Below, one piece after another: positions 24,401 through 32,612 of a DNA stretch of 64,000 nucleotides; position 1 is the first letter of the stretch; each line of letters begins with the position of its first letter. Below the pieces are notes generated by a model. The model ran no database searches and had not been told where the DNA came from. It saw only the letters and a program-made list of their open reading frames with translations. Position numbers and translations under genes: made by a program. The DNA comes from Nannocystis bainbridge (GTDB lineage Bacteria; Myxococcota_A; Polyangia; Nannocystales; Nannocystaceae): positions 256,001 to 320,000 of the forward strand of contig NZ_JAQNDL010000005.1 in the NCBI RefSeq assembly GCF_028368995.1, read 5' to 3'.

Positions 24401-24474
24401 GCGTCGCCCCTCGATCCGAGGGACCCGAACGACGACGCATCGTCTCGCGCGCGCTGCAGCCTCGCCTCGCCCAT
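21466..24474 (-). CDS. Ser/Thr protein kinase with TM segment and TPR repeats
   Basis: LGAGAMGEV, IAIK, HRDFKPDN, DFGLA and GTPAYMPPEQ; TPR-like helical C-terminus. Confidence 0.93.
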   Translation of the reverse strand: MGEARLQRARDDASSFGSLGSRGDAQTLRSREGQRSDARTDGQVFSGVDDERLFSELRTRLFARGEATRIGRYRLMHRLGAGAMGEVHLAFDDALERPIAIKLVHAHLADPRSTARLRVEARALARLAHPHVVHVYEVGEHDGRTYLAMERIEGGSLREWLGSEPGPPQAEVLAAYLAAGRGLAAAHRAGIIHRDFKPDNVLRGVDGRVAVVDFGLAALESGEGGPSAPGPTDESGAWPGGLPTQDRSSEVAGTPAYMPPEQFRGQADARADQFALCVSIYEGLWGRRPFPRRTLAEVLRGRVDWTPAEPPRDALAGWLWPIVRRGLEADPGRRWADVDALLAAIEAGLARGRRRRRVALAGAVALGTGLLGGVAAAWWSAAPEVEACVAVARELDDTWAAESRARLGERFAAAATGAGRGWLADSEASVVAGLDRWRGRWLTAREALCEARAGGDPVVLDRLGRCLERHRDGAGAVVAALLGGEPEVLRAAPAAVQRLEDPQACAREARQGGPPEPPPAQADAVQQVRRQLAIAEAELFTGRTEAAWTKALPLATEAEALGHAPLTAEVALTLGRVALVRGRGAEGFERLEQAADAGEAAGHDRVVADSWRLLAMSAVTETPDLAAGRRYLRRAEAASARIGLDPATEARLGFVRGNLALLADELEPAVDRLRVAAAALVEQDDLLYASHAASSLGTALLERGEPEAARVEFERALDQRGRVYGPRHPEVARAAYNLAQVLRASARAGADHEAQASVLLRRAVDIWQGTDEAMTLEAGRAGFVLAQLELDAGRFERAVKHAEAAEAVFAAVLGPDRIEHAEVAALLGTGNYFLGRSQAAVAALRRAVAGHAAAHGARDVYTASFRVALGWALLATGELAEARVELEAGRAAIEAAGGVGCEDSTDARLGLTAVDLIAGEHARAAARLAEFDHAPVGELDRVTFALLSGLLAVRRDPASADGAAAMGRAREDARAVAGGEAMLAVLFDSVHATTDERRLAGG

Positions 24475-24865
24475 CCCGCCCTGGTCTCTCTCTAGTCCCC
24501 CGCCGACGCGAGCGTCAAGCCGTGGCGACCTCGCGCGCGCGCGCCCTGGGCCGCCGCGCGCCCCTGGGCCGCCCTGCACGCGTCGCTGCGCGAGTGAGGA
24601 GCCTCGCCCCCTGCGCCCCTCCGAGCCGCCCCCCACGGTCGTCGCAATTCCGCCCCGCCGAGCTCTGCTTCACGCGACTCGGCGGGGCCGCGCAGGTTCG
24701 GTTTCGAACAGCGCATTTCCCCGGCGAAAACCGCAGGCGCAGCCACGATCCCGCCGATCTCCCGCCGCCTGCCGGCGCGAGCCGAGAGCGCTTCAGCGCG
24801 GAGGAACCCGCCGTCGCGTCCGGGCGCTGAGCCGATGGCCCTGCGCGGGCTCGCCTCGCGTGAGC

Positions 24866-24959
24866 CCGCATGCCCCTTCGGTCATGCCTTCAAGAACATG
24901 ACCGTGAGAACATGTCCCCGAGAACATTACTACAAGAACATGTCCTCACGGACATGTCT
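24866..24959. repeat. 14-bp-period TGTCC-N4-GGACA lattice (7 nodes)
   Basis: CATG (one CATT) at 24869, 24883, 24897, 24911, 24925, 24939 and 24953; overlaps the kinase-WD40 stop codon. Confidence 0.92.
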
Positions 24960-27900
24960 TCACATACAGCCGGTCGCCGAAGTCGTGCGCCCACTCGGCC
25001 GGCGTCAGGTCGCGACCTGCCCGCGCGCAGGCCTCGGCCAGGCGGCCTGCCAGCGTCGCCGGGAACACCCGCGCCAGCCCGTCGGCGCCCGCCGTCACCA
25101 CCAGCGCCCCGTCGCTCGAGAACCCTCCCGACCACAGCCTGCGATCGTGCTCGCCGGGCCCTGCCGCTGGCGTATGCGGCAGTCGCAGCGCCACCAGCCC
25201 CTCCGGGCGGCGCGACCACAGGCGCGCCGAGCCATCGGCCGACGCCGTCAGGATCGCCGCGCCGTCGGGGCTGTACGCCGCGATCCACACCGCGTCCGTG
25301 TGCCCGCGCAGCGTCACCGGCTCCCCGCCGTCGAGCGGCCACTCGCAGGCCGTCCCGTCCGTCGAGGCCGTCAGCGCCGCCAGCCCGTCGGGCCGCAGCT
25401 GGACCTGACCTATCGACCCCGCGTGGCCGCGCAGCACGATCGGCGCCGCCTCGGGCCGGGCCAGCGACCACACCCGCGCCACCGCGTCGTCGCCCGCGCT
25501 GGCCAGCAGCTCGCCGTCGACCGCCAGCGCCCGCACCGGGCCCGCGTGGCCTTGCAGGCTGGCCTTGCGGACCGTCGCCCCGGCCAGCGGCGTCACCCGC
25601 ACCGGCCCGTCGTCGCCGGCGCTGGCGACGGCTGTCCCATCGGACATGAACTGAAGCACCCGCACCGCCCCCGCGTGGGCGGCCACCTCGTCGAGGCTGG
25701 GCGGCCCGACCGGCGGGAAGCGGACCACGTGGACCCGGCCGTCCTCGCCGGCGACCGCCGCCAGCTCGCCCGCGGGGCTCCAGCGGGCGTCGAGGAGCGC
25801 CGCCCCGCGCGGCGCCGTGAGGCTGGCCAAAAGGACAGGTTCGGCCCCGCTCAGCGACCACAGGCGCAGCCGCCCGTCGCTGCCCACCGTCAGCAGCCGC
25901 GCGCCGTCGGGGCTGGCCGCCAGCGCCGTCGAGGCCCCCTCGCGGTGGCCGCCCAGCCGCGTCGAAGCCCGGCCGTCGCGCGGCCACACCCGCGCCGCGC
26001 CGTCGAGCCCGGCGGTCACCACCGTGCGCCCGTCGGCCAGGAACGCGGCCTGCTCGATCGCCGCCGCGTGCCCGCGCAACAGCCACGGATCGTCCGCGAT
26101 CCGCCAGCGGCGCGCGCTGCCGTCGACCGACGCCGTCAGCACCCGGGCGCCGTCGCGCGAGAAGCTGGCCGCCACCACGCTGCCGGCGTGGCCGCGCAGG
26201 CGCAGCGGCGGGCCGCGCACGCCCGGCTGCCACAGCCACGCCTCGCCGCCCGCGGGGGTCCCGAGCAGCAGATCGCCCGCCGGCCCGACCTGGACCCCCA
26301 GCAGCGCCTCCTCGTGGCCCTGCAGCTCGATCCGCGCGCTGCTGCCGTCGCGCTGCCACACCCGCGCGCTGCCGTCCCGCGACACCGTCACCACCTGCTG
26401 CCCGCCGGGCCGGTACGCCGCCGCGTAGACCTCGTCGGTGTGCCCCACCAGCCGCTGCGGCGGCCCGCCGTCGACCGGCACCAGCGCCGCCGTGTGATCG
26501 GCGCGCGCGACCACGATCTCCTGCCCGTCCCCGCGCCACGTCGCCGCCAGCAGCCCCGTCGCCCCGCGAGCGGCCGGCGGCGGCAGCTTGAGCGCGCGCG
26601 CCGGACCGGCCGCCGCGGGCCACAGCCGCGCCGTCCCGTCGCCGCTCAGCGTCAGCAGCGTCGCCCCGTCGGGGCTCCACAGCGCCCGCCGCAGCGGGTC
26701 GCTCGCCTCGCCCAGCGGCTGCGGCGGCTGCCCCGGGCGCAGCACGTGCACCCGCGGCCCGTCGCGCACGACCAGCGCCTCACCTGTCCCCCAGGCCAGG
26801 TCGCGCGGATCGGTCGTCGGCAGCTCCCAGCACGTCGGCGCCCCCAGCCCGCCGACCGGCGTCAGCGCGTGCACGCACGGCCGATCGCCGGCGCGCGCGA
26901 TCGCCAGCGCCGCCCCGCCCGGCGCGAACGCCAGGGCCCGCGCGCTGCCTGTCCCCAAGGCCACGTCGAGCGGGGCCCGCGGCGCCGCCGTCGACCACAG
27001 CGCCACCGCCCCCTCGCGCTCCCCGGTGGCCAGCCAGCGCCCGTCGTCGCTCTCGGCCAGAGCGTCGACCACCCCCCCGCCCGGGCGGGCGAACCGGTCG
27101 CTGCGCGGCCCGTCGAGCGCGTCGAGCAGCGCCTGCTCCACCTCGAGCGGCGGCGCCTCCCCGCGCGCCTGCGCCGTCGCCACCGCCGCCACCGCCAGCA
27201 GCTGCCGCAGCGCCGGATCGGCGCCCGCCTGTTGACCCGCCGCCGCCGCCAGCCGCCGCGCCTCCCCGGCCGCCTGCGTGCGCGCGTCCTCGGCCGCGAT
27301 CGCGGCCGCCCGCACCTCCTCCGCCGCCGCGTCGGCCGCGTGGCGCTCCGCGAGCTGCTGCCAGGTCACCAGCGCCCCGCCGAACAGCGCCGCCAGGGTC
27401 ACCAGCCACAGCCCCAGCCGCCGGCGCAGCCGGCTCGGGTCGCGGCCGAGCGCCTCCAGCAGCGCGTCCATGCTCGGCCAGCGCGCGGCCGGATCGGCCT
27501 GCAGCCCGCGCTCGACCGCCCGCTGCAGCCAGCCCGGCACCTCGCGTGCGCCGCGGACGATCGCCCCGGCCACGATCGCCGCCTGCACCTCCTCGCGCCG
27601 CTCGCCCGCGAACGGCCGCACCCCGTGCAGCGCCTCCTGCAGCGCCGCGCAGAACCCGAACACGTCGCTGCGCGCGTCGCCCTCGCCGCCCGCGTGCTGC
27701 TCCGGCGCCACCGCCGTCGGCGCCGCGACCGCGTCGCCCGGCCGATCGGTCTTGATCGACATGCCCATACGGACATGTTCTTTGGGACCTTCCCCTTCGG
27801 GCATGCTCTGCGGGACAGACGCAGCGCGGACCCGGGCCAGCCCGAAGTCGACCACCCGCGCCCGGCCGTCGTCGCCGACCAGCACGCTCTCGGGCTTGAA

Positions 27901-28401
27901 CTCGCCGTGGGTCTGCCCGCTCGCGTGGGCGGCCGCCAGCCCGCTCCCGGCCTGCACGTACATCGCCAGCACCTCGCGCCAGCCCCGCGGCTCGCGCTCC
28001 TGCCAGGCCCGCAGCGTCTCGCCCTGGACGAACTCCATCGCCACGTAGACGTGCCCGCGGGCCTCGCCGACCTCGTAGACCTGGACCACGTGCGGGTGCG
28101 CCACCCGGGCCTGCGCCTGCGCCTCGCGCTTGCAGCGGGCCGCCGCCGCCGGGTCGTGGTGGCCGGCGTGAATCAGCTTGAGCGCGATCCGGCGGTCGAG
28201 CTGCTCATCGTAGGCCGCGAACACCACCCCCATCGAGCCGGCCCCGAGCCGACGCAGCACCGCGAACCGGCCGACCCGCTCCGACTCGCTCGGCGGCCCC
28301 AGCAACTTGGCCTTGAGGTCCGCCCGCGCCAGCGCGTGCGCCAGCCGCTCCGGATCGATCCGGGGCGGCGTGGTGCTGACGAACCGCAGGTCGTCGGACA
28401 T
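24946..28401 (-). CDS. Ser/Thr kinase-like (probable pseudokinase) with WD40 repeats
   Basis: LGAGSMG, IALK and DFGLA retained, but the catalytic loop reads HGEFKPES; many GH...W repeats. Confidence 0.9.
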   Translation of the reverse strand: MSDDLRFVSTTPPRIDPERLAHALARADLKAKLLGPPSESERVGRFAVLRRLGAGSMGVVFAAYDEQLDRRIALKLIHAGHHDPAAAARCKREAQAQARVAHPHVVQVYEVGEARGHVYVAMEFVQGETLRAWQEREPRGWREVLAMYVQAGSGLAAAHASGQTHGEFKPESVLVGDDGRARVVDFGLARVRAASVPQSMPEGEGPKEHVRMGMSIKTDRPGDAVAAPTAVAPEQHAGGEGDARSDVFGFCAALQEALHGVRPFAGERREEVQAAIVAGAIVRGAREVPGWLQRAVERGLQADPAARWPSMDALLEALGRDPSRLRRRLGLWLVTLAALFGGALVTWQQLAERHAADAAAEEVRAAAIAAEDARTQAAGEARRLAAAAGQQAGADPALRQLLAVAAVATAQARGEAPPLEVEQALLDALDGPRSDRFARPGGGVVDALAESDDGRWLATGEREGAVALWSTAAPRAPLDVALGTGSARALAFAPGGAALAIARAGDRPCVHALTPVGGLGAPTCWELPTTDPRDLAWGTGEALVVRDGPRVHVLRPGQPPQPLGEASDPLRRALWSPDGATLLTLSGDGTARLWPAAAGPARALKLPPPAARGATGLLAATWRGDGQEIVVARADHTAALVPVDGGPPQRLVGHTDEVYAAAYRPGGQQVVTVSRDGSARVWQRDGSSARIELQGHEEALLGVQVGPAGDLLLGTPAGGEAWLWQPGVRGPPLRLRGHAGSVVAASFSRDGARVLTASVDGSARRWRIADDPWLLRGHAAAIEQAAFLADGRTVVTAGLDGAARVWPRDGRASTRLGGHREGASTALAASPDGARLLTVGSDGRLRLWSLSGAEPVLLASLTAPRGAALLDARWSPAGELAAVAGEDGRVHVVRFPPVGPPSLDEVAAHAGAVRVLQFMSDGTAVASAGDDGPVRVTPLAGATVRKASLQGHAGPVRALAVDGELLASAGDDAVARVWSLARPEAAPIVLRGHAGSIGQVQLRPDGLAALTASTDGTACEWPLDGGEPVTLRGHTDAVWIAAYSPDGAAILTASADGSARLWSRRPEGLVALRLPHTPAAGPGEHDRRLWSGGFSSDGALVVTAGADGLARVFPATLAGRLAEACARAGRDLTPAEWAHDFGDRLYVKTCP
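27757..27819. repeat. 14-bp lattice inside the kinase activation-segment codons
   Basis: Nodes at 27760 CATG, 27774 CATG, 27788 CCTT, 27802 CATG and 27816 CAGA. Confidence 0.8.
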
Positions 28402-28779
28402 CCGGCCGCGAGTCTACCCCGCGACGGCGCCGCCCGGCGCGCGCGTCCCCGCGCGCGCGCGCGCGCAGGGCCTCGATGCGCCGCTCGAACGCCTCGCGCA
28501 AGTTTGGCGGATCGGCCGCGTCGCCGGAGCGAAGCGCAGCCGGCCGTCCTGGTCCAAGAACCAGGTGGCCAAGGGAAGCTCGCTACGCCGACCCGCGCGC
28601 CATACCCGTCGTCCATCACCACCTCGTAGCCGATCCCGCGACCTCGCGCGCGCGGTGCCGCCGCGACCTCGCGCGCGTTGTGCCGTCGAAATGTGGCTCT
28701 CACGACCGCGACGTCGGGCGAGTCGGCGCGCGCAGCCGCGAACTCGGCGAAAGGCCGGCAGCTCGAGCAGGCAGCCCTC

Positions 28780-29060
28780 GCAGGCGCAGAAGAAGGCGCT
28801 CGACCAGAAACAGGCCGCCGTCCGCGAGGCGATGTACCAGACCTTCCCGCCGCTCCAGACCGCCGACAGCGTCACGGACAGCGGCCTCGTGCAGAACCAG
28901 TTTGTGGGCGATCCTCGTCACCCAGGACTGGACCCCTGTGTTCCTGCCGCGCTTCCAGGGTGAGTGGGTCGGCATCGAGCGGGACAAGGGCTTCGCGTTC
29001 GCGCCGGGCAAGAAGACCAAGTGGAGCGACGAATTCGGCGGCGACCAGGCGGGCGGAACG
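28780..29060 (+). pseudogene. Frameshifted gene remnant at the island edge
   Basis: Coding-like AQKKALDQKQAAVREAMYQTFPPLQTADSVTDSGLVQNQF shifts frame into AILVTQDWTPVFLPRFQGEWVGIERDKGFAF; GC drops after about 29060. Confidence 0.5.
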
Positions 29061-29096
29061 TGCTATTCTGATTCGGAATGCTCGAGCATCGAGGAC

Positions 29097-30230
29097 TCAT
29101 TCTATCCGCAACCGCTCGAAACCCATATCGCCGGACCCTTCGCCTATGTCAGCGACATCCAAGCGGTAGCGTTCTATCCTATGTCGGAGGACCTTCTGAC
29201 TCACACCCATGTGCTGAGCCAATTGAATCCAAGTCCAGCGTTCCAGCCTTTTCAATTCCATACTCCAGCGATAGAGTTCACGCTCGAGGTGCCCTAGGTG
29301 GATAGTGTGCGCCCTCAAGCGGAGATGTGGCATGCTTAGGTGCTCGAACAGGCCCACTTCGCTAAGAAAGAATTCGGGCGAATGCCTAAACGTGTCGGCG
29401 TTCCATTCAGGAACGGAAATGCCGTATGTCCTCGTCGCTTTCAGGAGCGCCTTCGGTTGTAGCCCAAGCATCAATGATGCCTCTGTCATCCCGCCTGCAC
29501 TCGCCAGCGCAACCTTTATAGCTTGCTCCATTACGGCTTTGACGATGTCATCACTCTCATCGAAGAAAACGGGATCGCATCGAACAGGTAGAAAAAACGC
29601 CGCCGCCCTATGTGACTTTCGCGTCGTGATGTCTAGAACGTCAAAACCACCCAACCGCCCGAACTTGCGATTCGCGTAATTCGCAGCCAAGTTTATAGCT
29701 TGCTCAGTGTCCAGTGAGACAACAATCACCACGCTGCCTGAAAGTATGAACTCGACGACAATCTCAGATCCCTCACAGCGGCGGGCCAAATCAGCCACTA
29801 TTGAGGTAAGAGCATCTTGATCAAATGCGCCAAGTCTGCCTCTTAGTTTTATGATGATCTGCGTCTTGTGTCCGAAAGAGCTTGTTTCGGCATTTCTTCC
29901 AATGCGGTACCCAAACAGGGAGGCGAGGCGTTCAACCTCCGCAATTCTCCGTGGAAAACGGCCTCGTAGCCGCAAGAAGAAAACTTCATCAAGCAAACGA
30001 CGCCGCTTCAATGATTGAATACCAGCGGTTACGACATCTGTCGGAGTAGCTCCGACTGGGATTCCGGCATACACGCTGTCACCTTCAGGCCCCAAGACCA
30101 AGAATGAGATCAGCTCAGGCACGCTGAACGCACTCAAGAGAAAAGAGTAGAGTTCCTCATCAGGAGAGTCAGCTCTAAGTTCAACGGTATGGGTCTGCAG
30201 GTCCATGGAGGGATGCCGCCAAATTTTCAA
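29097..30230 (-). CDS. Low-GC protein: helical EAD/death-like N-terminal domain plus two Fis-type HTH domains
   Basis: LLSAFSVPELISFL...LKRRRLLDEVFFLRLRGRFPRRIAEV; AIKVALASAGGMTEASLMLGLQPKALLKATRTYGI; LERELY...LAQHMGVSQKVLRHRIERYRL. Confidence 0.72.
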   Translation of the reverse strand: MKIWRHPSMDLQTHTVELRADSPDEELYSFLLSAFSVPELISFLVLGPEGDSVYAGIPVGATPTDVVTAGIQSLKRRRLLDEVFFLRLRGRFPRRIAEVERLASLFGYRIGRNAETSSFGHKTQIIIKLRGRLGAFDQDALTSIVADLARRCEGSEIVVEFILSGSVVIVVSLDTEQAINLAANYANRKFGRLGGFDVLDITTRKSHRAAAFFLPVRCDPVFFDESDDIVKAVMEQAIKVALASAGGMTEASLMLGLQPKALLKATRTYGISVPEWNADTFRHSPEFFLSEVGLFEHLSMPHLRLRAHTIHLGHLERELYRWSMELKRLERWTWIQLAQHMGVSQKVLRHRIERYRLDVADIGEGSGDMGFERLRIE

Positions 30231-30361
30231 CCCGCTGTCAAGTAAGTAAAATTCCTGATGTCCAGATAAGACCAGGAATGCAGTTCTGCCATGGCGAAAG
30301 ATTTGCGCCGGTCGTCGGTGTAAGCTTGACGGGCGAACGATGGAAGGCCCTATTATAGGGT

Positions 30362-30808
30362 ATGAGCATGAAGAGCCCCTACGAGGCGCCCAAGGAGAAC
30401 GAATTTCGCCCAGTTTTGATGAGCATTCTGCGAGCGGCGCTCAGTCAAACAATCCCAGGCTTAGGTGCCCACGGAGAGATGCCTCGAAGGCAATCAATTG
30501 ACGATAGACTGAGTCGTTTGGCAAAAATTCTGCAGGACCTAGAGGACGCGGCAGCGGCCACGAGGGAATTACGCGATGAGGCCGAACAAACAAAAGAGGA
30601 AGCCGAAAAACTGAAAGCTCAGGTTCTTGAGTTGCAGATTGACAAACAGGCTGCTGAAAAACTCGCCAACGTTGAAGTTGAGCCATTCCTGCGTATCCTG
30701 GACAAATCAAGAGATCAAGGATTACGCCGTGCTCGGCTTGAAGGTCTTGCTCTGGGGTTCCTTTCTGGGTTCGCTTCTAGCATAGCGGTCTGGTACATCA
30801 CGAGTTGA
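30362..30808 (+). CDS. Low-GC coiled-coil protein with C-terminal TM helix
   Basis: Heptad-like E/K/A run, then GLALGFLSGFASSIAVWYITS. Confidence 0.75.
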   Translation: MSMKSPYEAPKENEFRPVLMSILRAALSQTIPGLGAHGEMPRRQSIDDRLSRLAKILQDLEDAAAATRELRDEAEQTKEEAEKLKAQVLELQIDKQAAEKLANVEVEPFLRILDKSRDQGLRRARLEGLALGFLSGFASSIAVWYITS

Positions 30809-30889
30809 GAGTACAACCTCAACTCGGACGCGCCGCATGCGTCGACGAGCCTCCCCCCGCCTAGGGAGCTGCCGAGCGCAGCAACCCGG

Positions 30890-31172
30890 GCTTGTCGGGG
30901 GAGAACTTCGCACCAGCGTCTCGCCGTCGACCTCACCGCGGACCCGCACCAGCGCATCGCTAGCTCGACCTCGATCACCCTCCATCGCCAGCGCGGCCGC
31001 GACTTGCTCCGTCACGTCGACGAGGCCAGCGACCGGCGCCCCAGTCCTCGTCGATGCCGTTGCATCTGTCTGCCGCCGCAGTTTCGCCGCGTACTCCTTG
31101 CACGTCAGGCCGCTCCGGGCCCATCCCTCGACCCGCTCCCGCCACGCGGAGCCCGTCTCGACGACCTTCACC
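30890..31172 (-). mobile_element. IS66-family TnpA (orfA)-like remnant
   Basis: WRERVEGWARSGLTCKEYAAKL...LVDV...IEVE/LVRVRGEVDGETL with an apparent deletion and frameshift; no tnpB or tnpC nearby. Confidence 0.65.
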
Positions 31173-31516
31173 CTTCGCCTCGCTCCCGGATCCGCTTCAC
31201 GATGACTCCGCCGTCGCAAATCCGAAAGCCCAGCCGGATCCCGCCGGCCACGGGGTGCTCCTCCCACACCATGTTGGGGGGCAGCAGCAACGAGAAGCTT
31301 CCTCGAGGCGGTGTTCTGGGCTGCACCACGACCGCACCGCGAAGTACTGCTCCTGGCTGAACCAAATGTATCCGTCCGACGTAGTGCCTCCGCCGAGGCT
31401 CTACAAGGGCTCGCGGAGGAGCGATGACCTCGAAGCAGAACGACGACTCGGACACGCGGCGTGTAGACGAATCGGATCCGATGCCAGGGGGCACATCTAA
31501 CCGAGGGGACCAGGCC

Positions 31517-32235
31517 TTACCCCCACGGACCACCACGATACTGGCCATTCCGCCCTCGCCAGCGTCCATCTCCATCCTTTGAATTCATTGTCGCCAGTGC
31601 GATCCCCCCCAATAACAGGAGACCCAAGCTGTCGCTCAGTCGCTTCATGGAAGTCACACCGGAATAGCCCCGGGGCCGCTGGAGTTGAGCGCGCGCTGGC
31701 GCTGCCTGCCCCGCCTGGGGACGTGGCTGTCCCGCCGGGGGATGTGCTGGCGCCGTCCGTTCCGCGTGCGTTCGCGCTGGCGCTGCCTGTCCCGCCTGCG
31801 GCCGCGCTTGCGCTGCTTCAGGACGCGGCTGTGCGGCCTCGGAAACCTTACGGCGATTAAACTCTTCTTCCCCCGCGCTGGCGAGGATCTGCAGGCAATG
31901 ACCAATCGATGGACGCCTAGCGGGGTTCACGTGCACCATTGCGAGCAACATGTCCTTCACCTGCTGGGGAAGGCCCGCACGGGTTGCGAGTGCTGACGGA
32001 CTGAGCTCTCCGGTTAGCAGTTCGATCCCGGTCATGCCGAGAGAGTTCCGGGGCAATGTAGTTCGGGGTGCCCGCGGGGCTTCGAGTCATCGGTCCAGAA
32101 CTCGCCACGGGCACCCGTGCAAGGCCGAAATCGCCGAGTTTGATGATTATTCTCCCATCTTCTGGAGCACGAGTCGCTAGGAGGTTGTCTGGTTTAATGT
32201 CCCGATGAAATCCTTCAAGCTGATGTATTGACGAG
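31517..32235 (-). pseudogene. Ser/Thr kinase pseudogene (5'-truncated, internal deletion and frameshift)
   Basis: Manual translation gives GFHRDIKPDNLL...KLGDFGLARVP...GTPNYIAPELS, jumping frame to SLGMTGIELLTG...NPARRPS. Confidence 0.85.
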
Positions 32236-32612
32236 GCGGTGCAAATGCACGTAGAGGTCGAGGTCGCCGCGGAATCACTGGACCACCATTAACGCCGGGC
32301 AAGGTCGGCCGGCGGGCTCGAGCCGGCGAATGCGCATTGGAGGTCGGCCGGCGCCTCCCGAGCAACGACGTGAGAAAACCTCGAGGACGCCGATCTGCGA
32401 CGAGCACCCACAGTCCGAGCGGGTCATGCGGCGCGCGTCCGTGCAGCGACCGCGCGTCGCTTCGTCGCGCTGAACGACGCGGCCGCGCACGTGGGATTCG
32501 CGCATTGGCCGACGCGAGCGCGCCAACGCGCGCAGGCCCGCGTGGGCGGGGGGTAACGGTGTTCGTTGCGGTTCTCGCGGGGGGCGCATACCATGCCGCG
32601 CGGGGGTTCACG

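Noticed and set aside
24530-24575. Short GCCCTGGGCCGCC duplication
   Set aside because: Two copies of low-complexity GC sequence; probably slippage.
28476-29297. 273-aa + ORF as a real gene overlapping the HTH gene
   Set aside because: It is chimeric: only about 28905-29060 looks coding, and the 3' part is antisense to a convincing Fis-type HTH.
30320-30336. GTAAGC as an IS66 terminal inverted repeat
   Set aside because: No matching partner end was found, and it is separated from the orfA remnant by an unrelated gene.
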